A stretch of 64,000 nt of DNA from an uncultured virus (IMG/VR IMGVR_UViG_3300020375_000072) (taxonomy: Duplodnaviria > Heunggongvirae > Uroviricota > Caudoviricetes). Below, piece by piece: positions 41,225-50,557 of this stretch (within the stretch, counting starts at the first letter, position 1; every line of letters starts with the position of its first letter). Position numbers and translations under genes: made by a program. The stretch lies in the IMG/VR virus record IMGVR_UViG_3300020375_000072; one strand, 5' to 3'. The notes under the pieces are model-generated. The model made no database searches. It saw nothing but the letters and a program-made list of their open reading frames with translations, and had not been told where the DNA came from.

Positions 41225-42019
41225 ATGGCGTTAAAATTTGGATCTAAGTCAGGAAAGCAGGGTGCGGGGTACGGCTCGCCCAACAGAATGCATGGAATGG
41301 AAGTACAATCTGATGGGTCGATAGCAATCTCTGCCAGTATGATTGATCCCATGTCAATTCCTGGACATTATGTTGCATCAAACTGGTTTATTAATTCTGT
41401 ATATATTAATAATACCGCAGGAGATGGTCAAACTAATCAAACGGGAAGTGGATTAAGATTTTATAATGTTAACAAAATGGGTATTTCGACGGGTGAAGGT
41501 GGTGGAAGACAATTAAGATTCGAATATACACAAAATTGTAACTGTAAGTGTAAATGCCAATGTAAGTGTAAATGCAAGTGTAAATGCAAATGTAAGTGTA
41601 AGTGTAAATGCAAGTGTAAATGCAAATGTAAGTGCAAGTGCAAATGTGCGTGTAAATGCAAGTGCAAGTGTAAGTGTAAATGCGCGTGTGCATGTTGGAG
41701 TGATGGAAGACTCAAGGAAAATGTTGAAGGAATGGATAATGGTTTAGAAAAAATAAAACAGATCCAATCCATCATGTTTAAATATAATGAGAAGGGTGTA
41801 GAATTTCAAGATGGAGAAGTTAATGAAAAAGATGCAGATGTTCAAGAATTGGGATTTATGGCTGAGGAAATAGAACAAGTATTTCCTGAAATGGTTGATA
41901 TGGTTGAGGTGGAAGATAAACAATATAGAGCGGTAGCATATGTAAAAATGATACCTGTATTATTGAATGCTATTAAAGAATTGAATAAAAAGGTTGAAGA
42001 TATAGAAAATAAGGAGTAA
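41225..42019 (+). CDS. (Cys-Lys)n tract protein with peptidase S74 chaperone
   Basis: AAGGA RBS; 27 alternating Cys followed by WSDGRLKENV...GFMAEEIEQVFP...YVKMIPVLLNAIKEL. Confidence 0.9.
   Translation: MALKFGSKSGKQGAGYGSPNRMHGMEVQSDGSIAISASMIDPMSIPGHYVASNWFINSVYINNTAGDGQTNQTGSGLRFYNVNKMGISTGEGGGRQLRFEYTQNCNCKCKCQCKCKCKCKCKCKCKCKCKCKCKCKCKCKCACKCKCKCKCKCACACWSDGRLKENVEGMDNGLEKIKQIQSIMFKYNEKGVEFQDGEVNEKDADVQELGFMAEEIEQVFPEMVDMVEVEDKQYRAVAYVKMIPVLLNAIKELNKKVEDIENKE
41537..41695 (+). repeat. 6-nt-period coding repeat (TGY AAR)n encoding (C-x)26-C
   Basis: A Cys codon every 6 nt from 41537 to 41693; x = 21 K, 3 A, 1 N, 1 Q; synonymous codons are mixed. Confidence 0.95.
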
Positions 42020-42022
42020 ATT

Positions 42023-42697
42023 ATGAATGTGATGATGTTAGATAATTATAGTATTAGAAAAGCTAATATTGTAATTTATAATGATTGTTTTTCACTTGAA
42101 CAATGTGACGAAATACAAGAGTTACAAAAAGGAAGAGATGTAATTTTATCAAATGATGATGAAAGTTTTTTATTAAATTATAAACATGGAAAGAGTTTAT
42201 ATTCTTATGAGAAAGTTATTTTAGATGATACATTACATATAAAGCAAGAAGAAGATAATCAACCAAAAAATGAAATTGAAATAAGGGCATTTGAATCAAC
42301 TCTTCCTAATAGTTTAGAAGACCATTTAATGAGTTATATTTTTGATGCAAATGTGAAAGTATTTGGTTATGAAATTTGGGGAATGGAAAAAGATCCAGAA
42401 ATACTTACATTTAAAAAAGATGATTTTTTTGGATATCATGAAAATATGTTATGGTATAGTGAAGAAGCAAATGATAGAAAATTGACGGGATATGTATATT
42501 TGTCAGACCATAATAAATCAGAAGGTGGAGAATTATTATTTGATAAAAGTCAAGATATATCTTCCCCTTTGGGAAATTATAATCTTAGGGGAAATTTAGT
42601 AATCTTCCCGTCTTTTTTATGTTATTCTTTTAATAAAATTAAAAGCGGATTTTTACAAGTTCTAGCTTTTGATATCATTGGTCCAAAATTAAAGTGA
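42023..42697 (+). CDS. 2OG-Fe(II) oxygenase-fold protein, iron ligands degenerate
   Basis: DRKLT, EGGEL, GNLVIFPSF and GPKLK align with 50554-51207; HxD reads HEN and the distal His is Tyr. Confidence 0.75.
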   Translation: MNVMMLDNYSIRKANIVIYNDCFSLEQCDEIQELQKGRDVILSNDDESFLLNYKHGKSLYSYEKVILDDTLHIKQEEDNQPKNEIEIRAFESTLPNSLEDHLMSYIFDANVKVFGYEIWGMEKDPEILTFKKDDFFGYHENMLWYSEEANDRKLTGYVYLSDHNKSEGGELLFDKSQDISSPLGNYNLRGNLVIFPSFLCYSFNKIKSGFLQVLAFDIIGPKLK

Positions 42698-42704
42698 GGT
42701 AATT

Positions 42705-43256
42705 ATGTTATATGATCATATTGTTTTTCCTGGTGCGGTAGAAGAAATTGTAGATGAAATGTCAATGTCAATGGGAGACTTACAATCCAAAGGAAATGCA
42801 TCTTCAGGTGCTGGTAAAAATGTTGAAGTTGATTGGTATGGTGGAGGTTATGTAAGTAATATTGAAGAAAATGTTTATTATTATTTTAAAAGAGCGAATT
42901 CTCTAAATTTTGGATATGATATATCCTATACCGAAGCTGTAAGGTGGGAGAAATATTCAAAAGGTGGAAGTTATTCAGTAAGAAAAGAATTGAACCATTT
43001 TTATCAAAATCATCTTGATAGAAAATTGGTTGCTGTAGTAAACATGAATGATCCCTTTGATCCAAAGGAAAAGGGAGGGAACATAGTTCTTTATGAATCA
43101 ACTAGAAAAAGAACAAGCCTTGATGATATTTTTTATCAGAAAAAAGGGGCGATAGCAGTTTTTAACGTATTCACAGGATATGAAATAGAAGAAGTTAAAT
43201 GTGAAGAAGGATTAACTTACTTATTCTGTTTCTGTGTGGGAGACAAATGGCGATAA
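42705..43256 (+). CDS. 2OG-Fe(II) oxygenase-fold protein, iron ligands absent
   Basis: DRKLV, GGNI, KGAIAVF and GDKWR align with its paralogues; no HxD. Confidence 0.65.
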   Translation: MLYDHIVFPGAVEEIVDEMSMSMGDLQSKGNASSGAGKNVEVDWYGGGYVSNIEENVYYYFKRANSLNFGYDISYTEAVRWEKYSKGGSYSVRKELNHFYQNHLDRKLVAVVNMNDPFDPKEKGGNIVLYESTRKRTSLDDIFYQKKGAIAVFNVFTGYEIEEVKCEEGLTYLFCFCVGDKWR

Positions 43257-45178
43257 ACAATATAGCAATATTAGGAAATACTTTAGAAGCAAAATTAGAA
43301 GCAATAACGATGCATCTTAGTTGTCCTAATGTTACTACTACAATTTATACAAATGGGCAGGAATATGAGAATCATGTAATGGTCCCTATTCAATATCCAA
43401 TGTGTTGTCCTGGAACAAGGTATTTGAATGAATATATCGGAATTAAAACTCAAGATCTATTTGAAAATACCAATACCACTGTGGCGATGGGTCAAAATTG
43501 GCAACACAATGATAATGGTATTGTTTCTAATGTTTATATAACAATGGTAAGTAATGTATTTCCTCTTATTATGACTCATTATCAATGTACAGTAAAAGGA
43601 TTTCATGTTGATGCAGATGAAAATGAACAAATTCGATTATTTTTTGAATGGATGAAATACAAATATCCAAATGAGTATTATTCTATTTTGGATATATGGA
43701 CATGGTTTTCTGCAGAGAGATTTCATAATACACCATTTCAAGAACATTTTTTTAATATGGAAAATGCAGTTATAAATTCAGCTCCTGATTATGGAGATTT
43801 TAATTGGGCTCATGCAATGCCGACATGTTATGATTTGGATGGAATGGTGACATTGTTAGATGCTAGAATTGCGTTTTTCAATATTCCTATTGTTACAGAC
43901 GTTATTGACAGCTTTACTATTGAACAAAAATCTCCGGATTTGGGTGCTGGTATTCGAGAAGAATCTTTTAATTGGAAATCATTAGATACTTATGAAGAAC
44001 AAAATTTTAATGATGATTTATTTGCAAAAGATTGGAAAAATATCACACACTTAACAATTGGTGGAGGTGATATTGATATTGATTTTGTAATTGATACTGG
44101 ATGTAATCATCCACAGATGACAGGTTTTATAGAATCTGATGAAGATTTGACAGAAGTGAATTCAACAATGCCCTGGACACAATACCGAGAATATGAATCT
44201 TCAAGACATAAAATGAGTTCTCATGCAGTTTATCAAGTTGATGGAATTCCAAATGGTGCAAGAGTTCATGAAGTTTATAGAGATAAAACGATACATAAAG
44301 AGTTTCAAATAGAAGATTCAAATTGTGATGCTGTTACTGGAAGTTATGCAGGAGAATTCCTTGCGGGAGCAAAAGATAATATTAAAACAGTTTCTTTAAG
44401 TGGAAGAAATGTACAAGATCGATTTATTATAAATGACAAATATAATTCAAATTATATAAGATTTGATATTAAGAGACAAGGATTAAATCCTGTGATGCAT
44501 GAAGAATTATCAAATGTTTTTAATTATGCATATATGTGTACAGAAAAATTAACAAATTGTATTGCAGATCCTGATAATTCTCCAATGTATTTGTCATCAG
44601 CACAATATCATTATAGAATTAATAGAGATGAATTTAAACAATTTGCTTATTATGTATGGGATAATAATACAATTGGTCCTGGTTGGGAATGGGCAAATTC
44701 TGTACCTTCCAAATATAAAAATTTATTTGATTCATGGAATGGTGATATACCAAAAGTTCCTCATGTAGCGGATTATTTGGGACATTCTTTATCTTCAACT
44801 TTTGTAACTAAATATGGAAATTCTCCTGGTGGAAGTAATTCTCCGAGTCGAGTGGCATGGCCGTATTTGGATTTAGAATATACATTCATTGCTGAAGCAA
44901 GAGGAAAAATAACAAAAGATTTTAGTAATAAATTTATTGGATATGAGGATATATTTGAGGATATTAGATTACTTTCTATTATGTTAAAATCAAAATTTTA
45001 TGAATTTGGCACATTAACTTTTGAGGAGTTTAGAGCTAAACATTTAGTTGGTGAAGATTCATTAACTCCCATCACAGCAAATCATATTTTGTTAGAAGAT
45101 GGAACAGGAAAATTATTAACTCGTCATAAGTATATTCAAATAAAAGAATATACATCATCAGAAGATAGTACTATTTAA
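43247..45178 (+). CDS. highly diverged flavin-halogenase-like protein (FAD motif lost)
   Basis: INNIAILGNTLEA replaces the GGGTAG loop; DFVIDTG; size and layout resemble 46004-47872. Confidence 0.5.
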   Translation: MAINNIAILGNTLEAKLEAITMHLSCPNVTTTIYTNGQEYENHVMVPIQYPMCCPGTRYLNEYIGIKTQDLFENTNTTVAMGQNWQHNDNGIVSNVYITMVSNVFPLIMTHYQCTVKGFHVDADENEQIRLFFEWMKYKYPNEYYSILDIWTWFSAERFHNTPFQEHFFNMENAVINSAPDYGDFNWAHAMPTCYDLDGMVTLLDARIAFFNIPIVTDVIDSFTIEQKSPDLGAGIREESFNWKSLDTYEEQNFNDDLFAKDWKNITHLTIGGGDIDIDFVIDTGCNHPQMTGFIESDEDLTEVNSTMPWTQYREYESSRHKMSSHAVYQVDGIPNGARVHEVYRDKTIHKEFQIEDSNCDAVTGSYAGEFLAGAKDNIKTVSLSGRNVQDRFIINDKYNSNYIRFDIKRQGLNPVMHEELSNVFNYAYMCTEKLTNCIADPDNSPMYLSSAQYHYRINRDEFKQFAYYVWDNNTIGPGWEWANSVPSKYKNLFDSWNGDIPKVPHVADYLGHSLSSTFVTKYGNSPGGSNSPSRVAWPYLDLEYTFIAEARGKITKDFSNKFIGYEDIFEDIRLLSIMLKSKFYEFGTLTFEEFRAKHLVGEDSLTPITANHILLEDGTGKLLTRHKYIQIKEYTSSEDSTI

Positions 45179-46000
45179 ATGAGAAGAATACAAGCATTTT
45201 TTGGACATAAAGAGGCAACATATGCTTTTAGAGCATGTGGAGCATCAACTAAATCAGATTTTAATGTTCGTGCAGCAAAAGCAATGAGAGGAGTTAATAG
45301 ATATACGCTTTCAACTGTGAGATCAAAAAATTATGATGGATCATTTACAGTAGATAAGTATGAAAATATTAAAGATAAATTGAAAATATTGAACATGAAA
45401 ATGAGAGAATTGGGATATGCTCAACCAATCAAAGAATTAAGATTTAAGGTATGGGCAGAAAAAGAATCTCAAATAATTAGTGATGGAGAACATTATAATA
45501 AAAAGTTATTTAAAAAACCAATTTCTATGATGGTAGACGGAAAAACGAGCAATTTAAAAGAGGCTATAGATAAAGGTGAAGTATCAAGAAATTTATTTGT
45601 TTTTTTAAGTCGAGCAAATTGGGGAAGATGGCAAAGAAAATCAACCAAGAGAACTGAAGCATGGCCTCATGGTGATTCAATAGTATGTACATTGTGGACT
45701 AAATGTGCTACACTACATTATAAAAAAACAAATTCCAATGATGATGTAAAAACTCTTGATGTTAAAAAGGGAGACGTTACAATTGCTGAATATGAAGATT
45801 TGTGGATTGGTGATATTGTAGGTAGTTTTGCAGAAGCATTTCATATAATTTATAAAGATACAGTTTTAACACCATTGGATAAAGGTTCATATAAAAATCC
45901 AATAATGACCACCGCAGCAGAAGCAGAAGCGCGGTGGAATAGAATGGACGGGACAGAGTGGGTACAAGAAAATACCCTTAATACCGATTTAGAAGGATAG
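45179..46000 (+). CDS. hypothetical protein (possible cupin/oxygenase fold)
   Basis: 273-aa ORF; WPHGD and VKKGDV motifs. Confidence 0.55.
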   Translation: MRRIQAFFGHKEATYAFRACGASTKSDFNVRAAKAMRGVNRYTLSTVRSKNYDGSFTVDKYENIKDKLKILNMKMRELGYAQPIKELRFKVWAEKESQIISDGEHYNKKLFKKPISMMVDGKTSNLKEAIDKGEVSRNLFVFLSRANWGRWQRKSTKRTEAWPHGDSIVCTLWTKCATLHYKKTNSNDDVKTLDVKKGDVTIAEYEDLWIGDIVGSFAEAFHIIYKDTVLTPLDKGSYKNPIMTTAAEAEARWNRMDGTEWVQENTLNTDLEG

Positions 46001-46003
46001 ATT

Positions 46004-47872
46004 ATGTATATTGAAAAAATTGTTGTTGTGGGAGGCGGTACTTCAGGATGGATGACCGCATATTGGATGAGAAGACTTTTCCCTGATATAAAAATTACTG
46101 CAATTGTTAGTGAAGAAATAGATATTCTTGGTGCCGGCGAGGGCGGACTTCCAATATTTTTTGGATGGTTTAAACAAACAGGAATAGATTTAAAAGAATT
46201 TTTTCAATATACAGGAGCAACTGTAAAATTGGGAATTGATTATAGAGATTGGTATGCAAAAGGTTCAAATTTTTTACATCCTTTTACTGGTGATCTATTA
46301 AGAGTTGGTGATGTTTCATGGCCTACCTTAGAAGAAAGTCCCAAACCAGAAGAGCAAGATGAGGCGGCGAAATTAATATGGAACAAATTGACACCACAAG
46401 AACAAGAAGAAAAGATAAAAGAGTTGGATGGAGAACATACAGAATATGTAGATTTGTCAGATGAAAATAAAGAATTGATTAAAGATGGAGTGCTTGATGA
46501 AAATACAGAAGATATTATGCATGAATATGAAGAAGATCCGGATCTAGAAATACGTGATGTCAATAAACACTCAAGACGAGCATATGTAAACAGAGTTTAT
46601 AATGAACCTGAATTGAATTTTTTAGAATGGGCAAGTCCGTTCATGCATGATGGTATTCCTGATGAATCACTAGAAGATTTAATGAAAGCATTATCAGATA
46701 ATCAAATGAGTGGAGTTTCTTTACATTTTGATGCGATAAAGGTTGGAGAATTTTTCAAAGAAAAATGTGTTCAAGAAGGAGTACTTCATATTCCTGGTAC
46801 TGTCATTGATATCGAGAAAACTGCAGAAGGTATGATTACCGGAATAATTACTGATGATCAAGAAAAACATGAATGTGATTTTGTATTTGATTGTTCAGGA
46901 GAAAGAAGAGCAATTAGTTCTAAATTTGAAGAAGATAAAGATTGGTGGCCCTTTCCACATTTAACTTTAAATTCTGCTCTTCCTTTTAATTTAGAAAATG
47001 AAAAAGATATTGGTATGTGGACTGCTGCACAAGCTATGGATTGTGGTTGGATGTGGCAAATTCCATTACAGAATAGAATTGGTTGTGGTTATGTATTTGA
47101 TGACAGATTTATTGATTATGATTATGCTCAACAAGAAGTAGAAAAGTTTTTAGGTAAAAAAATAAATCCAATTAAACCTGTCAGTTTTAGGTCAGGATAT
47201 CTAGAAAAACCCTGGGCTTATAATTGTATTAGTATGGGAATGTCTCAAAGTTTTGTTGAACCATTGGAAGCAACTGCTTTGGGTTCTTTGTGTGTACAAC
47301 ATTTCATTCTAAGAGATATTATATATGCATTAGTAGAAAAATTTGAAGAAAAAAGAATTGAAGATTTCAAGGGTTGGAATGAAGTACATTGGGATGAAGG
47401 AGATTATTCTATAGCGCAACTTGAATATAATGCATTGTGTGGAAACATTATTAGAGAAATTGCGGATTTTGTACATTGTCATTATTATACTCCAAGAAAA
47501 GATACTGATTTTTGGGAATCTCGACAAGAATTATTTAATATGAATCAAGAAGAGTTTACAGGAGAGGGTGAATCTATGTCTCATAAATTGAAAGTATGGA
47601 AAGATACTCCTGTATATTATCAACCAGAGACAGAAGCGCAACAAATATACAATGAATTTAATTTAATTTGTGTATTTGATGGCTTAAATATATATGATAG
47701 AAAAGAAAGACAAAAATTAATGGCTAATTATCCTTATTTGATTAACTGGATGAGTGATCAAAATTTTGAAGATTGGAAAGAAATTTTTCAAGAAGAGAAA
47801 TTACAATTTAATAATGGAAGATTGAAACAATTTGATTATCTAAAAAAATATGAGTATCTTACTAAAACCTAG
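46004..47872 (+). CDS. flavin-dependent (tryptophan-halogenase-family) halogenase
   Basis: VVVGGGTSGW, GAGEG, ATVKLGI (catalytic Lys position), HFDA, DCSG, GWMWQIPL and FVEPLEAT; contains an acidic insert. Confidence 0.9.
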   Translation: MYIEKIVVVGGGTSGWMTAYWMRRLFPDIKITAIVSEEIDILGAGEGGLPIFFGWFKQTGIDLKEFFQYTGATVKLGIDYRDWYAKGSNFLHPFTGDLLRVGDVSWPTLEESPKPEEQDEAAKLIWNKLTPQEQEEKIKELDGEHTEYVDLSDENKELIKDGVLDENTEDIMHEYEEDPDLEIRDVNKHSRRAYVNRVYNEPELNFLEWASPFMHDGIPDESLEDLMKALSDNQMSGVSLHFDAIKVGEFFKEKCVQEGVLHIPGTVIDIEKTAEGMITGIITDDQEKHECDFVFDCSGERRAISSKFEEDKDWWPFPHLTLNSALPFNLENEKDIGMWTAAQAMDCGWMWQIPLQNRIGCGYVFDDRFIDYDYAQQEVEKFLGKKINPIKPVSFRSGYLEKPWAYNCISMGMSQSFVEPLEATALGSLCVQHFILRDIIYALVEKFEEKRIEDFKGWNEVHWDEGDYSIAQLEYNALCGNIIREIADFVHCHYYTPRKDTDFWESRQELFNMNQEEFTGEGESMSHKLKVWKDTPVYYQPETEAQQIYNEFNLICVFDGLNIYDRKERQKLMANYPYLINWMSDQNFEDWKEIFQEEKLQFNNGRLKQFDYLKKYEYLTKT

Positions 47873-48062
47873 AAAAATAAAAAAACATTCTATCAAAAAA
47901 GACTATTCTAAAATATCTACAACTGAGCAATATAAAGCTTTGGATTTAGATACATGTAAGAAGGTGACGTGTGTTCGTGGATATTCTTTTGATAGAAGAA
48001 TAAGTTATAAATTAGCATATGGAAACATGAATCTAATTTATGAAATGCATGGTAGAGATTAG
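47850..48062 (+). CDS. small hypothetical protein
   Basis: Fills the gap between genes; its stop overlaps the GTG of the radical SAM gene. Confidence 0.5.
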   Translation: MSILLKPRKIKKHSIKKDYSKISTTEQYKALDLDTCKKVTCVRGYSFDRRISYKLAYGNMNLIYEMHGRD

Positions 48063-49408
48063 TGGCAGATAAAGATTTAACATATACCTTACATTGCGAA
48101 GACGGTTCAAAATTATATTACAAACCACACCTTAGTAAATTAACTAATGAACAAGGACAGGATATGTATGCTAAAAATCCTGTTGGAATAAAAAAGGTAA
48201 ACAAGTGGTATGTGGAAGAACCAAAAGACCACAATCACATGCATGGTGTAGATCCTATTCATCCATTTTTTAATCCTGGAAAAAAAGTCAAAGAACCAAT
48301 GAGACTTAAAATTCAATTAGGATTGAAATGTAATTATTCATGTGAGTATTGTAGTCAAGCATCTTTTGTTCCTGAATCAACTGTCACGGGAGATGATGAT
48401 CTTGAAGAATTTATGGCAAAATTAGATGATAGATTAGATTTACAACATTGTTCTCTTGTGGAGGTTTGGGGCGGAGAACCTTTATTATATTGGAAAAAAA
48501 TAAAAAAACTAATTCCATTTTTAAAAGAACGTTGTCCAGAAGATGTAGAGTTTAGTATAGTCACAAATGGAAGTTTGATTACTCAAGAAAAAATAGATTT
48601 TTTTAAAAAGTATAAAATGGCAGTTACTATGAGTCATGATGGTCCTGGATATCATCTTAGAGGTCCAGATCCGTTAAATAATTCTAAAAAATTTAAACTT
48701 ATACAACAATTGTTAGAACTAAATGCTCAAGGAAAATTGGGATTTTGTTTTAGTATAGTTTGGACAAAAGAAAATACAAAAGATTTTGATGAAACGGTAA
48801 ATTGGTTTAAAGATAAATTTAATGATGAAAATGTTCCAGTGGGAGCAGAGGGTATAGTAGAAGCATATGATATTGACACCGCCATGAATACAAAAACTGG
48901 CAAATTTGATTATTCCGGTTTGGAAGATTTGGAAGAAAAAGTATTCAAAGGAATAACTGAAGGAAATCAACCACTTTTAGGCGTATTTACAACTGTAGAT
49001 AAGATTAATGAATTTTATGGTTCATTAATGTTTAAAAAAGATAGTGATACTTTAGGACAGAAATGTGGAATGGATCGAGATGATGATATTGCGGTTGATT
49101 TAAAAGGTAATGTTTTAACGTGTCAGAATGTTGGATTAGAAAGAAAACATTTATCAGGGCACATGGATGATTTAGAAAATGTTAGAACAAAATCGAGTCA
49201 ACATTGGAGTTGGCGAGATGAATGTTCACATTGCCCGGTACTACAATTGTGTCAAGGATCTTGTATGTTTTTAACTGGAAAAGAATTTGCACAGACATGT
49301 TGGAATGAATATGCATATAATCTAGGACATTTGCGTGGAGCAATTAAGTTGTTAACTGGAAAGACTGTTGTAGATATTGAAGGAAAACAAGTTAGACCAA
49401 AATTATGA
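48062..49408 (+). CDS. radical SAM/SPASM-domain protein (peptide/protein maturase-like)
   Basis: LKIQLGLKCNYSCEYCSQ, WGGEPL, IVTNG and MSHDG; SPASM-type QKCG...TCQN...CSHCPVLQLCQGSC...TC. Confidence 0.92.
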   Translation: MADKDLTYTLHCEDGSKLYYKPHLSKLTNEQGQDMYAKNPVGIKKVNKWYVEEPKDHNHMHGVDPIHPFFNPGKKVKEPMRLKIQLGLKCNYSCEYCSQASFVPESTVTGDDDLEEFMAKLDDRLDLQHCSLVEVWGGEPLLYWKKIKKLIPFLKERCPEDVEFSIVTNGSLITQEKIDFFKKYKMAVTMSHDGPGYHLRGPDPLNNSKKFKLIQQLLELNAQGKLGFCFSIVWTKENTKDFDETVNWFKDKFNDENVPVGAEGIVEAYDIDTAMNTKTGKFDYSGLEDLEEKVFKGITEGNQPLLGVFTTVDKINEFYGSLMFKKDSDTLGQKCGMDRDDDIAVDLKGNVLTCQNVGLERKHLSGHMDDLENVRTKSSQHWSWRDECSHCPVLQLCQGSCMFLTGKEFAQTCWNEYAYNLGHLRGAIKLLTGKTVVDIEGKQVRPKL

Positions 49409-49914
49409 GTGATCCTTACTTTAGTATAGTTGATTTACCTGTTGTACCTTTGGGATTGCGTGAGCATTATCAGGATATTATAGCAAAAACTAATACATTT
49501 GTGCCTGGAAAAGGTGTAACAGAAATGAATTATGCTACATTTGCTGTAAATGAAGATTTAAAAGAGTGGATACAAGACTTATTTGATTATCCTGTAGATG
49601 TGAATTACCAATTAATTAGAGCCGGACTTAAAATACATAAAGACAGAGCCGCTATCTACAAATACAATTACTATATTACAACTGGTGGTCCAGACTCACA
49701 AATATTATGGCGCACAAAAGATGATCCTGACACTATATATGCCGCACTTGATGCCCAGCCTAATACTTGGTATAAATTATGGGTAGAACATCATCACAGT
49801 GTATGTAATGTAACAAGTCCTAGATTAAGTATTTGTGTTGTTCCTAGTCATGAAGGAAGTATGAAGGAAAACAAGTTAGATCAAAATTATAGGAGTTATT
49901 ATGGAAGGTGGTAG
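49405..49914 (+). CDS. cupin/oxygenase-fold hypothetical protein
   Basis: IHKD...NYYI..GG...HHSV...RLSI pattern. Confidence 0.6.
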   Translation: MSDPYFSIVDLPVVPLGLREHYQDIIAKTNTFVPGKGVTEMNYATFAVNEDLKEWIQDLFDYPVDVNYQLIRAGLKIHKDRAAIYKYNYYITTGGPDSQILWRTKDDPDTIYAALDAQPNTWYKLWVEHHHSVCNVTSPRLSICVVPSHEGSMKENKLDQNYRSYYGRW

Positions 49915-50557
49915 ACATGATATGTCAAATGATCCAGAATATGATGCAACTGAAGGTGGGGCAATAAATTATCCACATTTTGGTCCTGATGAAGATTATC
50001 ATATTATTCAATATAAAAAATCCCCGTATGTGATTTATGATAAATTTTTTCATCCCACTTTATGTGATAAATTACTCAATATTGTAGAAGAATTTCCTTA
50101 TAAAAAATTTAATAATGGAAAGTCGAGATTTGAATATATTAGTTTAAATGAAAATATAAAAAGAAAAGGTTTGAGGTGGTTAAGAAGACCATTAAAGGAA
50201 TTGGTAGACGATGCAAACAATACCAATTTTATGATAGATATAACTTCAGTAGAATTTTTGACATTAAAAAAGTTTCATGTAGGCGATCATTGGCATTGGC
50301 ATCATGATTGTGATTGGTGGTTTAATCCATTAGCTTTTGATAAAAAAATAACACTTCTTATGGAATTAAGTGATAATAGTGAATATGAGGGCGGTGAATA
50401 TGGTGAATATATGAGCACAATTCCATTTCCAAAACAGCATTTAAATAGAGGTAGTGTAATAGTTATTCCTGCATACTATTATTATAATATTTCTGATATT
50501 ATAAAAGGATGTAAAAAACTTTTAGTTGTTAACGTAATAGGACCTAAATTTAGATGA
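49901..50557 (+). CDS. 2OG-Fe(II) oxygenase-fold protein (distal His replaced)
   Basis: WHHD, DKKIT, EYEGGE, RGSVIVIPAYYYY and GPKFR. Confidence 0.8.
   Translation: MEGGRHDMSNDPEYDATEGGAINYPHFGPDEDYHIIQYKKSPYVIYDKFFHPTLCDKLLNIVEEFPYKKFNNGKSRFEYISLNENIKRKGLRWLRRPLKELVDDANNTNFMIDITSVEFLTLKKFHVGDHWHWHHDCDWWFNPLAFDKKITLLMELSDNSEYEGGEYGEYMSTIPFPKQHLNRGSVIVIPAYYYYNISDIIKGCKKLLVVNVIGPKFR

Noticed and set aside
41537..41695. Neutral microsatellite or phase-variation tract
   Set aside because: The 6-nt period cannot shift the frame, synonymous codons are mixed and Cys is invariant. Some slippage is visible (a 30-nt block repeats at 41561 and 41597) but does not explain the constraint.
41461..41775. 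Minus-strand ORF with a poly-(His-Leu) tract, and the overlapping 41469-41693 Tyr/Thr/Cys ORF
   Set aside because: These are shadow frames of the (TGY AAR)n repeat. The plus-strand gene has an RBS, an S74 domain and operon context.
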